This document shows, piece after piece, positions 1 to 8,596 of a stretch of 47,244 bases of DNA. Numbering within the stretch: position 1 is the first letter of the stretch; each line of letters begins with the position of its first letter. Below the pieces are notes generated by a model. That model worked only from the letters and a program-made list of their open reading frames with translations. It did not search any database and was not told the DNA's origin. Position numbers and translations under genes: made by a program. This DNA is from Candidatus Woesearchaeota archaeon (GTDB taxonomy: Archaea > Nanobdellota > Nanobdellia > Woesearchaeales > ARS49), in assembly GCA_016188265.1 (NCBI GenBank), contig JACPID010000024.1, positions 1 to 47,244 on the forward strand, given 5' to 3'.

Positions 1-993
1 ACTGCTCTTCTTAGCGGTGCACTGTTAGCATTTATTAGTTATCCAATTTATAAGTATACAAAGAAATTTATTAAAAATGACGGATTGCGTGCGAGCTTGC
101 TTACTCTTGTTATTTTTTTAGTGCTGACTTTGCCGTTAATTTACGTGGTTAGTAATGTTACTAGAGAATCGATTTTCAGGCAAACAAACCAACTTTATTT
201 AACTGCTAAACAAAAGGTTTTCAGTGGAAATATTTTAAATTTAGATTGTGAAGGCCAGAAATCTTTTGCTTGTGATTTAAATGAAAATATTAATGCAGCA
301 CTGGATAATCCAGATGCAAGGCAATACCTTGCAAATATTATTGGTGATGCACTGACTTTATTTTCTAAATCAATTTCTGATATTTTATTATCAATTCCTA
401 AATTATTCATTAGTATTATAATAACGGTTCTTGCTGTGTTTTATTTTTTACGTGATGGAAAAACAAGTATTGATAGAATACAGCTTTTGTTGCCTCTCAA
501 AAAACACCATCAAATTGAATTATTTACAAAATTATATGATATTGCATATGCTGTTTTATATGGGACTTTATTAGTTGCGCTGCTTCAGGGTGTTTATGCT
601 GCCATTGGTTTTGCTGTTTTTGGGTTTAGCAATACTTTTATTATCGGCGCTTTTATTTTCTTTTTTGCACTGCTCCCTCTAATCGGCGCATGGGTTGTTT
701 GGGTTCCAATAGTTTTATTTCACATACTTTCAAGTTATGTTTCAGGAGAAGTTGCAATTATAAAATGGATTTTGCTTGTATTGTTTGGGTTTTCTATTTC
801 AACAATTGATAATTTAATAAGGCCTTTTGTAATTGGTGGAAAAGCTAGAATGAATGCGTTGTTAATATTCTTAGGAGTACTTGGAGGTTTGTTAATGTTT
901 GGTATTTTTGGTTTTGTTTTTGGCCCGATTGTTTTAGGTCTTGCTAAAGTTTTGCTTGAGATTTATGAAGAAGAAAAAACTTGTGCAAAATGA
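1..993 (+). CDS. AI-2E (PerM/YhhT) family membrane transporter, 5'-truncated by window edge
   Basis: Frame is open from base 1 (TALLSGALLAFISYPIY...). Multiple TM segments, with family-typical FYFLRDG, LPLIGAWVVWVP, DNLIRP and GFVFGPIVL motifs. Confidence 0.9.
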   Translation, partial: TALLSGALLAFISYPIYKYTKKFIKNDGLRASLLTLVIFLVLTLPLIYVVSNVTRESIFRQTNQLYLTAKQKVFSGNILNLDCEGQKSFACDLNENINAALDNPDARQYLANIIGDALTLFSKSISDILLSIPKLFISIIITVLAVFYFLRDGKTSIDRIQLLLPLKKHHQIELFTKLYDIAYAVLYGTLLVALLQGVYAAIGFAVFGFSNTFIIGAFIFFFALLPLIGAWVVWVPIVLFHILSSYVSGEVAIIKWILLVLFGFSISTIDNLIRPFVIGGKARMNALLIFLGVLGGLLMFGIFGFVFGPIVLGLAKVLLEIYEEEKTCAK

Positions 994-2483
994 AATTAAT
1001 TGTTAAAGATGTTGATATTGCAGCTGGAGGAGTGTATGTTGTTTTGCTTAATCAAAAGGATGCAGAACTTTTAGACCTGCATCACATGGATCGTGTTGTT
1101 GTACAGCATAATTCAAAAAAAATAGTTGCAGTATTAAATATTGGTGAATCAAATAAGCCAGTTTCTCCTGGGAGAATAGGTCTTTTTGAAGAAGTTATTT
1201 CTGCATTAAAAGTTAAGAATGGAGATACAGTTTCAGTTTCGCTTGCTAGAAAGCCAAATTCAATTGTTGCAATTAGAAAAAAACTTGATGGAAGAGAGTT
1301 ATCTTATGAAGATACTTTGTTGATAGTAAAAGATATAGTTAATGATAGATTAACCAGTATTGAACTAACAAGTTATGTTGCTGCTAATTATACTTTAGGT
1401 ATGAGTAGAAAAGAGATTGTTGATTTAACAAAAGCAATGACTGTGACAGGAGAGCAAATTAAGATAAAATCAAAGCCAGTTCTTGACATTCACTCAATCG
1501 GCGGTGTGCCTGGAAACCGAACAACAATTATTATTGTTCCAATTATTTTAGCAGCAGGATGCGTGATACCAAAAACAAGCAGTAGAGCCATAACATCTCC
1601 AGCAGGTACTGCAGATACAATGGAAGTGTTTTGTCCTGTAATTGCTTCAGCTAAAAAAATAAAATCATTATTAAAAGAAATTGGCGGCTTTATTTTATGG
1701 GGCGGAGCAGTTAATCTTGCACCTGCAGATGATAAAATTATCAAAGTTGAGCATCCTTTAAGCATTGATGCAGAAGGTCAAATGCTAGCTTCTATAATGG
1801 CAAAAAAAGCATGTGTTAGTGCAACACATTTACTTATGGAAATTCCTTTAGGTGCTGGTTCTAAAGTTAAAAATCGCGAAGAAGCACTGCATTTAAAAAA
1901 TGAATTTGAATTTTTAGGGAAAGAATTAGGAATAAATATTTTAGCTTATTTATCAGACGGAACTCAGCCGATAGGTAATGGTATTGGCCCAATTTTAGAA
2001 GCAAGAGATTGTTTATGGCTGCTTCAAAATGATCCGAGAGCTCCTCAAGATTTAAGAGAAAAATCACTTGAAATGGCTGGTTTGTTATTGGAATTTTCTG
2101 GTAAAGTTAAAAAAGGGCAAGGATATTCTCTGGCAGAACAATTGCTTAATTCTGGAAAAGCATACAACACTTTTGTTAAGCTTATAAAAGCCCAAGGAGG
2201 AAAAGATCCTTCTAAAAACGTTCTTAATCCAAGTAATTTAACATTCACTCTGCGTGCAGCAAACAATGGCTACATTACCCATATTGATACTATTGCTATT
2301 GCAAAAATCGCACGATTAGCAGGAGCACCTAAGGATATTAATTCAGGCATTTATTTATACAAGCATAAAGATAATTATGTTAAAAAAGGAGATGCATTAT
2401 TAACAGTTTATGCCCATGGCAAAGAAAAGCTAGTATTTGCAACTGAAGCTTGTAAAGAATTAAAACCCCATCAAATAGAGTAA
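990..2483 (+). CDS. AMP phosphorylase (archaeal thymidine phosphorylase family)
   Basis: N-terminal double-psi-barrel-like extension, DIHSIGGVPGNRTT and PKTSSRAITSPAGTADTMEV motifs. ATG at 990 overlaps the upstream stop (ATGA). Confidence 0.92.
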   Translation: MKLIVKDVDIAAGGVYVVLLNQKDAELLDLHHMDRVVVQHNSKKIVAVLNIGESNKPVSPGRIGLFEEVISALKVKNGDTVSVSLARKPNSIVAIRKKLDGRELSYEDTLLIVKDIVNDRLTSIELTSYVAANYTLGMSRKEIVDLTKAMTVTGEQIKIKSKPVLDIHSIGGVPGNRTTIIIVPIILAAGCVIPKTSSRAITSPAGTADTMEVFCPVIASAKKIKSLLKEIGGFILWGGAVNLAPADDKIIKVEHPLSIDAEGQMLASIMAKKACVSATHLLMEIPLGAGSKVKNREEALHLKNEFEFLGKELGINILAYLSDGTQPIGNGIGPILEARDCLWLLQNDPRAPQDLREKSLEMAGLLLEFSGKVKKGQGYSLAEQLLNSGKAYNTFVKLIKAQGGKDPSKNVLNPSNLTFTLRAANNGYITHIDTIAIAKIARLAGAPKDINSGIYLYKHKDNYVKKGDALLTVYAHGKEKLVFATEACKELKPHQIE

Positions 2484-2522
2484 TAAGGTAAATATTTATA
2501 TTAGCAGAAATTTCTTCTTTTT

Positions 2523-3971
2523 ATGCATTGGAGAGAAATAATAGGTGATCCAAAAGAAGATATTAAAAGAGTAACAATTAATCTGTTTGGAACATCAAAT
2601 CAATATCGTAGCTTAAAAGGCAATGAAAAAATTTCAAGATACCTAATTGATGTTTCAGGAATAATAACAGGTGCTTATTCATTTATTTTAGGGAATCAAA
2701 TACAAAATTTAAACACTTTGGCGCAAGGTGCAGCTATTACTCTTTATTTTATTCTAGATTCTGCAATGGCTATTAATGGTAGTCCTTCTTTTATTGGTCA
2801 AATACAAGACCAATTTAGATGGAGAAGAATAAGTGCAAAACAAGAAAAAGAACACTTGCTTAAGGAAGCTGAAAAAGAAAAACGAAAAATGATGGTTCGT
2901 AGAGAAGTTAGTAAAGAATTAATGTGTTTTTATAAAGATTTTTTTGGAAATTTAGGAGATTTAGAATTTATTTATTTTAAAAAGGGTTTATGTGAAGAAG
3001 AAAAAAAAGATTTATCAGATTTATTAAAACAAGTTGATATTGAATCTCAAAATCTGCCTACAGTTGGTGTTGAATTAGAATATTCATCTAAATTAGCTGA
3101 GAACACTATTAAAAAACTAGTAGATGGGAGCTATGTTTATCCTAATAAAGTTCCCGAGAGTTACAGCAAAGAATACAAATCTGAAATAAGAATTTTGCCA
3201 GCAAAACCTTATGTTTTTCGCTGGTTAATAGAAGAAGTTGGAAAATATTTACCTTCAGAAATTGCACCATCAGTTCAAATTTCTGTTGGAAATGTTAATG
3301 GTAAAAGAATGCCATATATACTCTTAGCTCTTTATTTCATGAGTCCAGATTGTATTTTTCCAACTGTTGTATCAGAAAATAATGATAAAATAGGTTATCC
3401 TGGAGTGTATGTTGGTGAAACTGTAGATGTTGAAGGCAATAAAATAGCAAGAGGGCAGACAAACTATCACTTTATGCATAATTCTGATCCTAATGAAATA
3501 GCAGACGCAGCATTATTTGCAGCAAAACTTCATTCTTTAAATGATACAACATTTAGAGATTTTGAAGATGACTTAAGAGAATTGCTTGGATTTCCAACAA
3601 GGCAAATAAGTGTTAATGGCAAAGAATATATTAAAGAAAATGATGCGCTAAATGAATTATTAAAAAAAAACTGGCCTAATAAAGAAAGAAGTAATCTGTG
3701 TGCATATCAGCCGCCGCCTGAATTTTTTGAGTATAGCATTAACAAAGCTAAAGCGCATTTAGGCCTTATAAATCTTGAAGAGAGATTAGGCATTGAATTA
3801 AAACAAAAACTAGAAGTTTTAAGTGAAGAAAAAATAGAGTTAAGTGAAGATGAAATTGAATTAGTGCAAGAAATTAATAATTCAGTTAAAAAATTACTTA
3901 TAAATTATGCAATAACAACTAGTGAAGACATTCAATACTGCTGTTCTTTTGAAAAAGCATTAAAGCATTAG
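2523..3971 (+). CDS. Hypothetical protein with N-terminal TM pair; possible amidoligase/glutamate-cysteine-ligase-fold domain
   Basis: 482-aa ORF. Hydrophobic segments at about aa 40-85, then a coiled coil, then TVGVELEY ... SEIRILP ... SVQISVG, weakly like COOH-NH2 ligase motifs. Confidence 0.6.
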   Translation: MHWREIIGDPKEDIKRVTINLFGTSNQYRSLKGNEKISRYLIDVSGIITGAYSFILGNQIQNLNTLAQGAAITLYFILDSAMAINGSPSFIGQIQDQFRWRRISAKQEKEHLLKEAEKEKRKMMVRREVSKELMCFYKDFFGNLGDLEFIYFKKGLCEEEKKDLSDLLKQVDIESQNLPTVGVELEYSSKLAENTIKKLVDGSYVYPNKVPESYSKEYKSEIRILPAKPYVFRWLIEEVGKYLPSEIAPSVQISVGNVNGKRMPYILLALYFMSPDCIFPTVVSENNDKIGYPGVYVGETVDVEGNKIARGQTNYHFMHNSDPNEIADAALFAAKLHSLNDTTFRDFEDDLRELLGFPTRQISVNGKEYIKENDALNELLKKNWPNKERSNLCAYQPPPEFFEYSINKAKAHLGLINLEERLGIELKQKLEVLSEEKIELSEDEIELVQEINNSVKKLLINYAITTSEDIQYCCSFEKALKH

Positions 3972-3975
3972 TAAA

Positions 3976-4281
3976 TTATTGAACTTTATTTTTTTTATAT
4001 GCTACATAAAAAAAGTCAATTAAAAAAGTAGTGATAACAAATGCAGTGGTGCTAGATGCTATTATTGTTTGTTGAGCATCATCAATTATTGCAGTAAAAA
4101 AACCCAACCATTCTATAAAAATGCTTGTTGCCCAGAAAAAACCTAAAAGTGCAGCTATTGAGTATACAAGCCAGTAACTTGATACATTTTTAGTTTTATT
4201 AAAATTTTTAATAGAGAAAACTAAGGTTATTAAGAACAAAACTGAACTTATTCCTTCGATTACTGTTATTTCATATGTCAT
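3976..4281 (-). CDS. Small 3-TM membrane protein
   Basis: Likely start MTYEITV at 4281, overlapping the upstream gene's end. Three hydrophobic helices. Confidence 0.7.
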   Translation of the reverse strand: MTYEITVIEGISSVLFLITLVFSIKNFNKTKNVSSYWLVYSIAALLGFFWATSIFIEWLGFFTAIIDDAQQTIIASSTTAFVITTFLIDFFYVAYKKNKVQ

Positions 4282-4594
4282 TTTTTTTAAATTTCTTAAT
4301 TTTTTTAGTAAGTTCTTTTTCAAATAAAACAATCTGTTTATTGCTCAAGTAAGCATTTGTTAAGAATAATAGCGCTGATAATAAAGTTCCAATTAAGTGT
4401 TCAACATAATTTAAAAGTACAGGATAAAAAAAAGTTTCTAGTATTGTTGCAATTGACCCTATTAATAAAGTAGTATAGCCTAAAAAAAACCAAGTAATTG
4501 TGCTTTTATATTTAAAATAAGCATGAATAACAGGAATATAACCAATTAAAATAAGCAATAAAATAATAACTTCATTAACTTCTATGCTAACCAA
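4271..4594 (-). CDS. Small 3-TM membrane protein
   Basis: GGTGA SD precedes TTG at 4594. Three hydrophobic helices with ILET and VEH charged residues. Confidence 0.7.
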   Translation of the reverse strand: MVSIEVNEVIILLLILIGYIPVIHAYFKYKSTITWFFLGYTTLLIGSIATILETFFYPVLLNYVEHLIGTLLSALLFLTNAYLSNKQIVLFEKELTKKIKKFKKNDI

Positions 4595-4660
4595 TTTATC
4601 ACCTTTTTTATACAAAATTGTGAAGTGATATTTATATACTTTTTTGTTTTCAATATAATT

Positions 4661-5038
4661 ATGATTGATGTTGTTATAAAAAAATCAAAAATACATGGTG
4701 AAGGAATATTTGCGGCGCGTGATTATAATAAATGTGAAGTTGTTATAAGATGGAGTACACATTGTGAATTATCAAAAGAAAAAGTAGGTAAACTATCAGA
4801 AAAAGAAAAACAAAATGTATCATATATTAACGGAAAATATATATTAGTGCCGCCAGAAGGGCGTCTTAATCATTCCTGTAATTCAAATGTGTATTTAGAT
4901 AAAGAAAATTTTTGTTATGTCGCGAAGAGAAATATTAAAAAAGGTGAAGAACTCACAACAGATTACAGAAAGGAATCAGAACCAGGTTTTGAGATGATAT
5001 GCAAGTGCGGAAGTAAAAATTGTCATGGAAATATTTGA
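4661..5038 (+). CDS. SET-domain protein-lysine methyltransferase with post-SET Cys cluster
   Basis: SKIHGEGIFA, LNHSCNSN, GEELTTDY and CKCGSKNC motifs. ATG at 4661. Confidence 0.9.
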   Translation: MIDVVIKKSKIHGEGIFAARDYNKCEVVIRWSTHCELSKEKVGKLSEKEKQNVSYINGKYILVPPEGRLNHSCNSNVYLDKENFCYVAKRNIKKGEELTTDYRKESEPGFEMICKCGSKNCHGNI

Positions 5039-5567
5039 TAAAAAATTCAAGGAAATATTTTCTTCTCAGATAGTTTCAATAGTTGGAGGGCTTATTGCAG
5101 GCACAATTCTGGCAATGTATACTGATAAAATATTTTTAATTCCTGGAATTTTAATTTTGCTTCCAGGATTTTTGGAAATGAGGGGAAACATCAGCGGCTC
5201 TTTGGCAGCCCGCCTAGCCTCTGGGATGTATCTTGGAATTGTAAATCCCGAAAAAAATACATCAAGAATTGTTAAAGGAAATGTATTTGCTTCAATAATA
5301 CTTGCAATTGTTGTTTCATTTGTTTTAGGTTTAGTGACTTTTTTTTTTAATTACCTTGTTTTTGGCATTATAACACTTAAAATACTTTTTATTCCAGTAA
5401 TTGCCGGTGCACTGGCAAACTTAATAGAAATACCTTTAACTTTGTTTTTCACATTTTATTTTTTCAGAAAAGGATATGATCCTGATGATATAATGGGTCC
5501 TTTTGTAACTTCAACTGGCGACATAACTAGTATTTTATCGTTATTAATCGTGGTGTTGTTAATATGA
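5025..5567 (+). CDS. MgtE/SLC41-type divalent cation transporter, membrane domain only (subunit 1)
   Basis: PGFLEMRGNISGSLAARL and GYDPDDIMGPFVTSTGD motifs. No CBS domains. Confidence 0.85.
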   Translation: MEIFDKKFKEIFSSQIVSIVGGLIAGTILAMYTDKIFLIPGILILLPGFLEMRGNISGSLAARLASGMYLGIVNPEKNTSRIVKGNVFASIILAIVVSFVLGLVTFFFNYLVFGIITLKILFIPVIAGALANLIEIPLTLFFTFYFFRKGYDPDDIMGPFVTSTGDITSILSLLIVVLLI

Positions 5568-6259
5568 AAAAGCTAAAACAACATCTTGAAGAATTGAAGC
5601 AAGTAAAAAGGAAAAAGTACCATCCTATTAAAACAAAGATAAGAAAAAAATACAGATTATCTGGAAAAACCTTGTTTTATATAAAAGAATATGGCCCTCA
5701 TAACAACGTCTCCAGAACAATCATCAAAGAAAGCATAAAGATTCTTATGCTTGCATCTTTATTAAGCTCTTTTGGTGGTTTGGCTGTTGAGAATATTAAA
5801 ACAGTATTTATTTCAATAGTTCCTTTAATTGTGCTTCTTCCTGTATTGAATGATATGTTGGGAGATTACGGGATTATTATATCTTCAAAGTTCACTACAC
5901 TTTTGTATACAGGAAAAATTATGGACAATTGGTACAAAAGTAGTATATTGAAAAAAATGTTGTTGCAAATTTTTATTATAGCAGTATTAACTGCTGTTAT
6001 TAGTTCTTCTATTGCACTGGTTATTTCATCTTTTTCAGGATATAATTTGAATTTTGAAACTTCATACAAAATATTTCTCATAAGTATACTGGACACAATA
6101 TTTATTGTTAGTCTTTTATTTCTAGTAGCAGTTCTTGGCGGTTTGTACATTTACAAAAAAAATGAAGATCCTGATAATTTCTTAATTCCTATTACAACTT
6201 CTATTGCTGATTTTGGAAACATGCTTCTTTTAACGCTTTTGGTTATTTTATTATTTTAG
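5564..6259 (+). CDS. MgtE/SLC41-type divalent cation transporter, membrane domain (subunit 2) with basic N-terminal extension
   Basis: PVLNDMLGDYG and DPDNFLIPITTSIADFG motifs. ATGA overlap with subunit 1. Confidence 0.85.
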   Translation: MKKLKQHLEELKQVKRKKYHPIKTKIRKKYRLSGKTLFYIKEYGPHNNVSRTIIKESIKILMLASLLSSFGGLAVENIKTVFISIVPLIVLLPVLNDMLGDYGIIISSKFTTLLYTGKIMDNWYKSSILKKMLLQIFIIAVLTAVISSSIALVISSFSGYNLNFETSYKIFLISILDTIFIVSLLFLVAVLGGLYIYKKNEDPDNFLIPITTSIADFGNMLLLTLLVILLF

Positions 6260-6301
6260 CCGACAAAATTATATACTTCTAAAATTAGCAGTACTAAAAA
6301 G

Positions 6302-7078
6302 ATGGTGAAAGAAATAGTAAGAGAGATTCCTGTAATAGAAGTATTTGAAGAATTTTTTCATGCGCGTAAAAAAATTATTGCACTACTTATTTTTTTCTTT
6401 AATTTATTTGCTTTTGGCATTATTGGTTATATCATAACTGAAAAAATCAGTCCTTTTCAAGCATTTGATTATACGGTTGATACTCTTATCTTTAAGGAGC
6501 TGGAATTATCTGATGCTGGAAAAACAATTCATACGCTGCTTCTCTTATTTGGCATTATTGTTTTATGGTTTACTGTTTGGACTTCTCTTGATATCTTTCT
6601 TGAGGGTCATTTTCATAAATATTTTTCTGAGGTGAGATTAATGGACAAAATCAAAAAACTTAAACAGCATTATATTCTCTGTGGCGGAGGAAGAGTAGGT
6701 GTACATGTAGCTATGGAGTTAAACAAAAAAAAAATTCCTTTTATAATTATTGAAAAAGACATTCATTTGATTCCTAATCTTAAGAAGAAAAAATTTTTAG
6801 TTTTACACGGAGATTCTTTAGAAGAAGAGATTCTTCTTGAAGCTGGTGTTGAAAAAGCAAAAGCGCTAATCAGTGTTTTATCTGAAACAGAGAAGAATAT
6901 TTTGGTAATTTTAACAGCTAAAGAAATAAATCCTAATCTTAAGATTTATGCTAGAGCGCATGGCGAACATCTTGTGAAAAAACTCAAACGAGCAGGAGCA
7001 GATTATGTCTTCCTTCCAGAAGTAATTTGTGCAGAGGATATTATGAAGAAAGTAGATAAAGAAGAACTTTCCAAATAA
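6302..7078 (+). CDS. MthK-like 2-TM channel protein with TrkA-N (RCK) domain; selectivity filter missing
   Basis: TM1 - pore-helix-like segment - TM2, then HYILCGGGRVG Rossmann motif, GDSLEEEILLEAG and AGADYV. No TVGYG. Confidence 0.85.
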   Translation: MVKEIVREIPVIEVFEEFFHARKKIIALLIFFFNLFAFGIIGYIITEKISPFQAFDYTVDTLIFKELELSDAGKTIHTLLLLFGIIVLWFTVWTSLDIFLEGHFHKYFSEVRLMDKIKKLKQHYILCGGGRVGVHVAMELNKKKIPFIIIEKDIHLIPNLKKKKFLVLHGDSLEEEILLEAGVEKAKALISVLSETEKNILVILTAKEINPNLKIYARAHGEHLVKKLKRAGADYVFLPEVICAEDIMKKVDKEELSK

Positions 7079-7103
7079 ACCCTTCTTACACAAATTTTAT
7101 TTT

Positions 7104-7192
7104 TAGTACGCGCCATAATTTGTAGAACACTCTTTATGGCGCGTACTATTTAGAAAACGAAAGTATTGTCTTATTATTTATTTCGTTTTCTA
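7104..7192. repeat. Two tandem perfect inverted repeats (15-bp and 12-bp stems) between convergent transcription units
   Basis: TAGTACGCGCCATAA 7104-7118 pairs with TTATGGCGCGTACTA 7134-7148. TAGAAAACGAAA 7151-7162 pairs with TTTCGTTTTCTA 7181-7192. Confidence 0.85.
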
Positions 7193-7214
7193 TTTCTTAT
7201 TAATTGAATTCTAA

Positions 7215-7335
7215 CGCCGCCACCCGGATTTGAACCGGGATATCCTTGCGGAAACAGCCTAGCTTTACTTGCGTTCAGGACTTGCCTAAGTGCAAGTTTC
7301 CAGGGCTGCGCAATACCAGGTTATGCGATGGCGGC
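7215..7335 (-). tRNA. tRNA-Ser(GGA) with 37-nt intron in the anticodon loop (about 7261-7297)
   Basis: Acceptor GCCGCCA/TGGCGGC, discriminator G, anticodon stem CAGCC/GGCTG, loop CTGGAA^A, long variable arm, T-arm CCCGG-TTCAAAT-CCGGG. No encoded CCA. TATA-like TTTTAAAA about 24 nt upstream. Confidence 0.9.
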
Positions 7336-7388
7336 ATTGATGCTAATTTACTCGTCACTTTTAAAAATTTAGCGGTTGGTTTTTGTTA

Positions 7389-7472
7389 TGCAGCTGGCAG
7401 GATTCGAACCTGCGAAGGCACTAAGCCACTAGCTCCTGAAGCTAGCCCATTTGGCCACTCTGGCACAGCTGC
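7389..7472 (-). tRNA. tRNA-Leu(CAG)
   Basis: Acceptor GCAGCTG/CAGCTGC, discriminator A, anticodon arm CTAGC-TTCAGGA-GCTAG, long variable arm, T-arm GCAGG-TTCGAAT-CCTGC. No encoded CCA. Confidence 0.95.
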
Positions 7473-7492
7473 ATTAAAGAAATATATTATTT

Positions 7493-8275
7493 TTATTTTT
7501 TTAAATTCTTTGTTTTAAACTTCCATGAAGAATCTGTTTCTATTTTTGCTGTAATTAATTGTTTTCTTTCTATTTCTGAGTATTGTGCATCAAAAGAAAT
7601 AACTATTGGAATTGTTAAATTCGTGTTTAATAACTGAATATTTCCTTCATATACTTTGTAATTATGAGAAGACCAATTATTGATAAAAAACTCTCCGTGC
7701 CATTGATCCATTATTTTGCCAATTTTTTCTAAATTTGGGCCGTAAATTATTTTGTTTTTTTTTCTGCCTTCTGATCTTAATAAGCATTTAATATCACTTT
7801 CAAAACATGATACTGCATTTATATGTTTTTTAGCAGGTGTTTTTATATCTATATTTCTAGGTTCCCAAGCTTCTTTTTTGCTTAATTTGAAACTTTCTAA
7901 ATGCAATGCTAATTTTAATGTATAAATATCTTTTTTTGATGAAAATACATATGTTGTGCTATTATTTTCATCAATTGAGTTTATTAATGTATTTTTATAA
8001 AAATCAATTGCATCCTTTATTAACAACTGAATTCTGTTTTCAAGAGGCAGATCACGACGTTCATTATTCCAAAATTCCCGCGATTCTTGAAAAGATGAAT
8101 CGCCATATGTCTGCTTCAATTGTTTATATATAAATAATAATTCTTTTTTTCTTAAGTAATTATCAAAATTCCCTTGATTTGGGAATGTTAATAATCGCGC
8201 AAATGCTTCAAAAGTATTTATTTTTGCCATAATCATATGTGATTTATTTTTTAGTATTTTAACTTTTATGAACAC
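7493..8275 (-). CDS. Hypothetical protein
   Basis: 260-aa ORF with no recognisable motif. True start may be a few codons downstream (MIMAK). Confidence 0.6.
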   Translation of the reverse strand: MFIKVKILKNKSHMIMAKINTFEAFARLLTFPNQGNFDNYLRKKELLFIYKQLKQTYGDSSFQESREFWNNERRDLPLENRIQLLIKDAIDFYKNTLINSIDENNSTTYVFSSKKDIYTLKLALHLESFKLSKKEAWEPRNIDIKTPAKKHINAVSCFESDIKCLLRSEGRKKNKIIYGPNLEKIGKIMDQWHGEFFINNWSSHNYKVYEGNIQLLNTNLTIPIVISFDAQYSEIERKQLITAKIETDSSWKFKTKNLKK

Positions 8276-8375
8276 AATTATGACTTTTTAATCACAGAAA
8301 TATGTTCTAGAAAATATATTTCATTATAATTTTAAGCATCTTTACTATGCTTGTGTGATACTTATATCACAATAG

Positions 8376-8585
8376 GTGGTTTTTATGGCAGAAAAAAATG
8401 AACAAATAGGATTTCATAAAGGAGCATTAACAACTTTGGCTAATGAAAGAAATGAATTGCTGAAAATAGTTAATATTGTAGAACAATTAATGCAGGCACA
8501 CATAAAAGCACTAAAAGATCTTGGTGTTGATTTAGAAAAAGAAGCAAAAAAAGAAAAAAGCAAAAAACTTGAAGAAAAAGTATAG
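8376..8585 (+). CDS. Small helical/coiled-coil hypothetical protein
   Basis: EQIGFHKGALTTLANERNELLKIV, amphipathic. AGGTGG SD suggests ATG at about 8385. Lies 11 nt upstream of the NTase gene. Confidence 0.75.
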   Translation: MVFMAEKNEQIGFHKGALTTLANERNELLKIVNIVEQLMQAHIKALKDLGVDLEKEAKKEKSKKLEEKV

Positions 8586-8596
8586 AGAGGATATTT

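Noticed and set aside
2523..7335. Possible integrated element at the tRNA-Ser/Leu 3' ends
   Set aside because: I saw no integrase and no duplicate of either tRNA 3' end in the window.
7246..7518. 90-aa plus-strand ORF
   Set aside because: It is the antisense shadow of the two tRNA genes.
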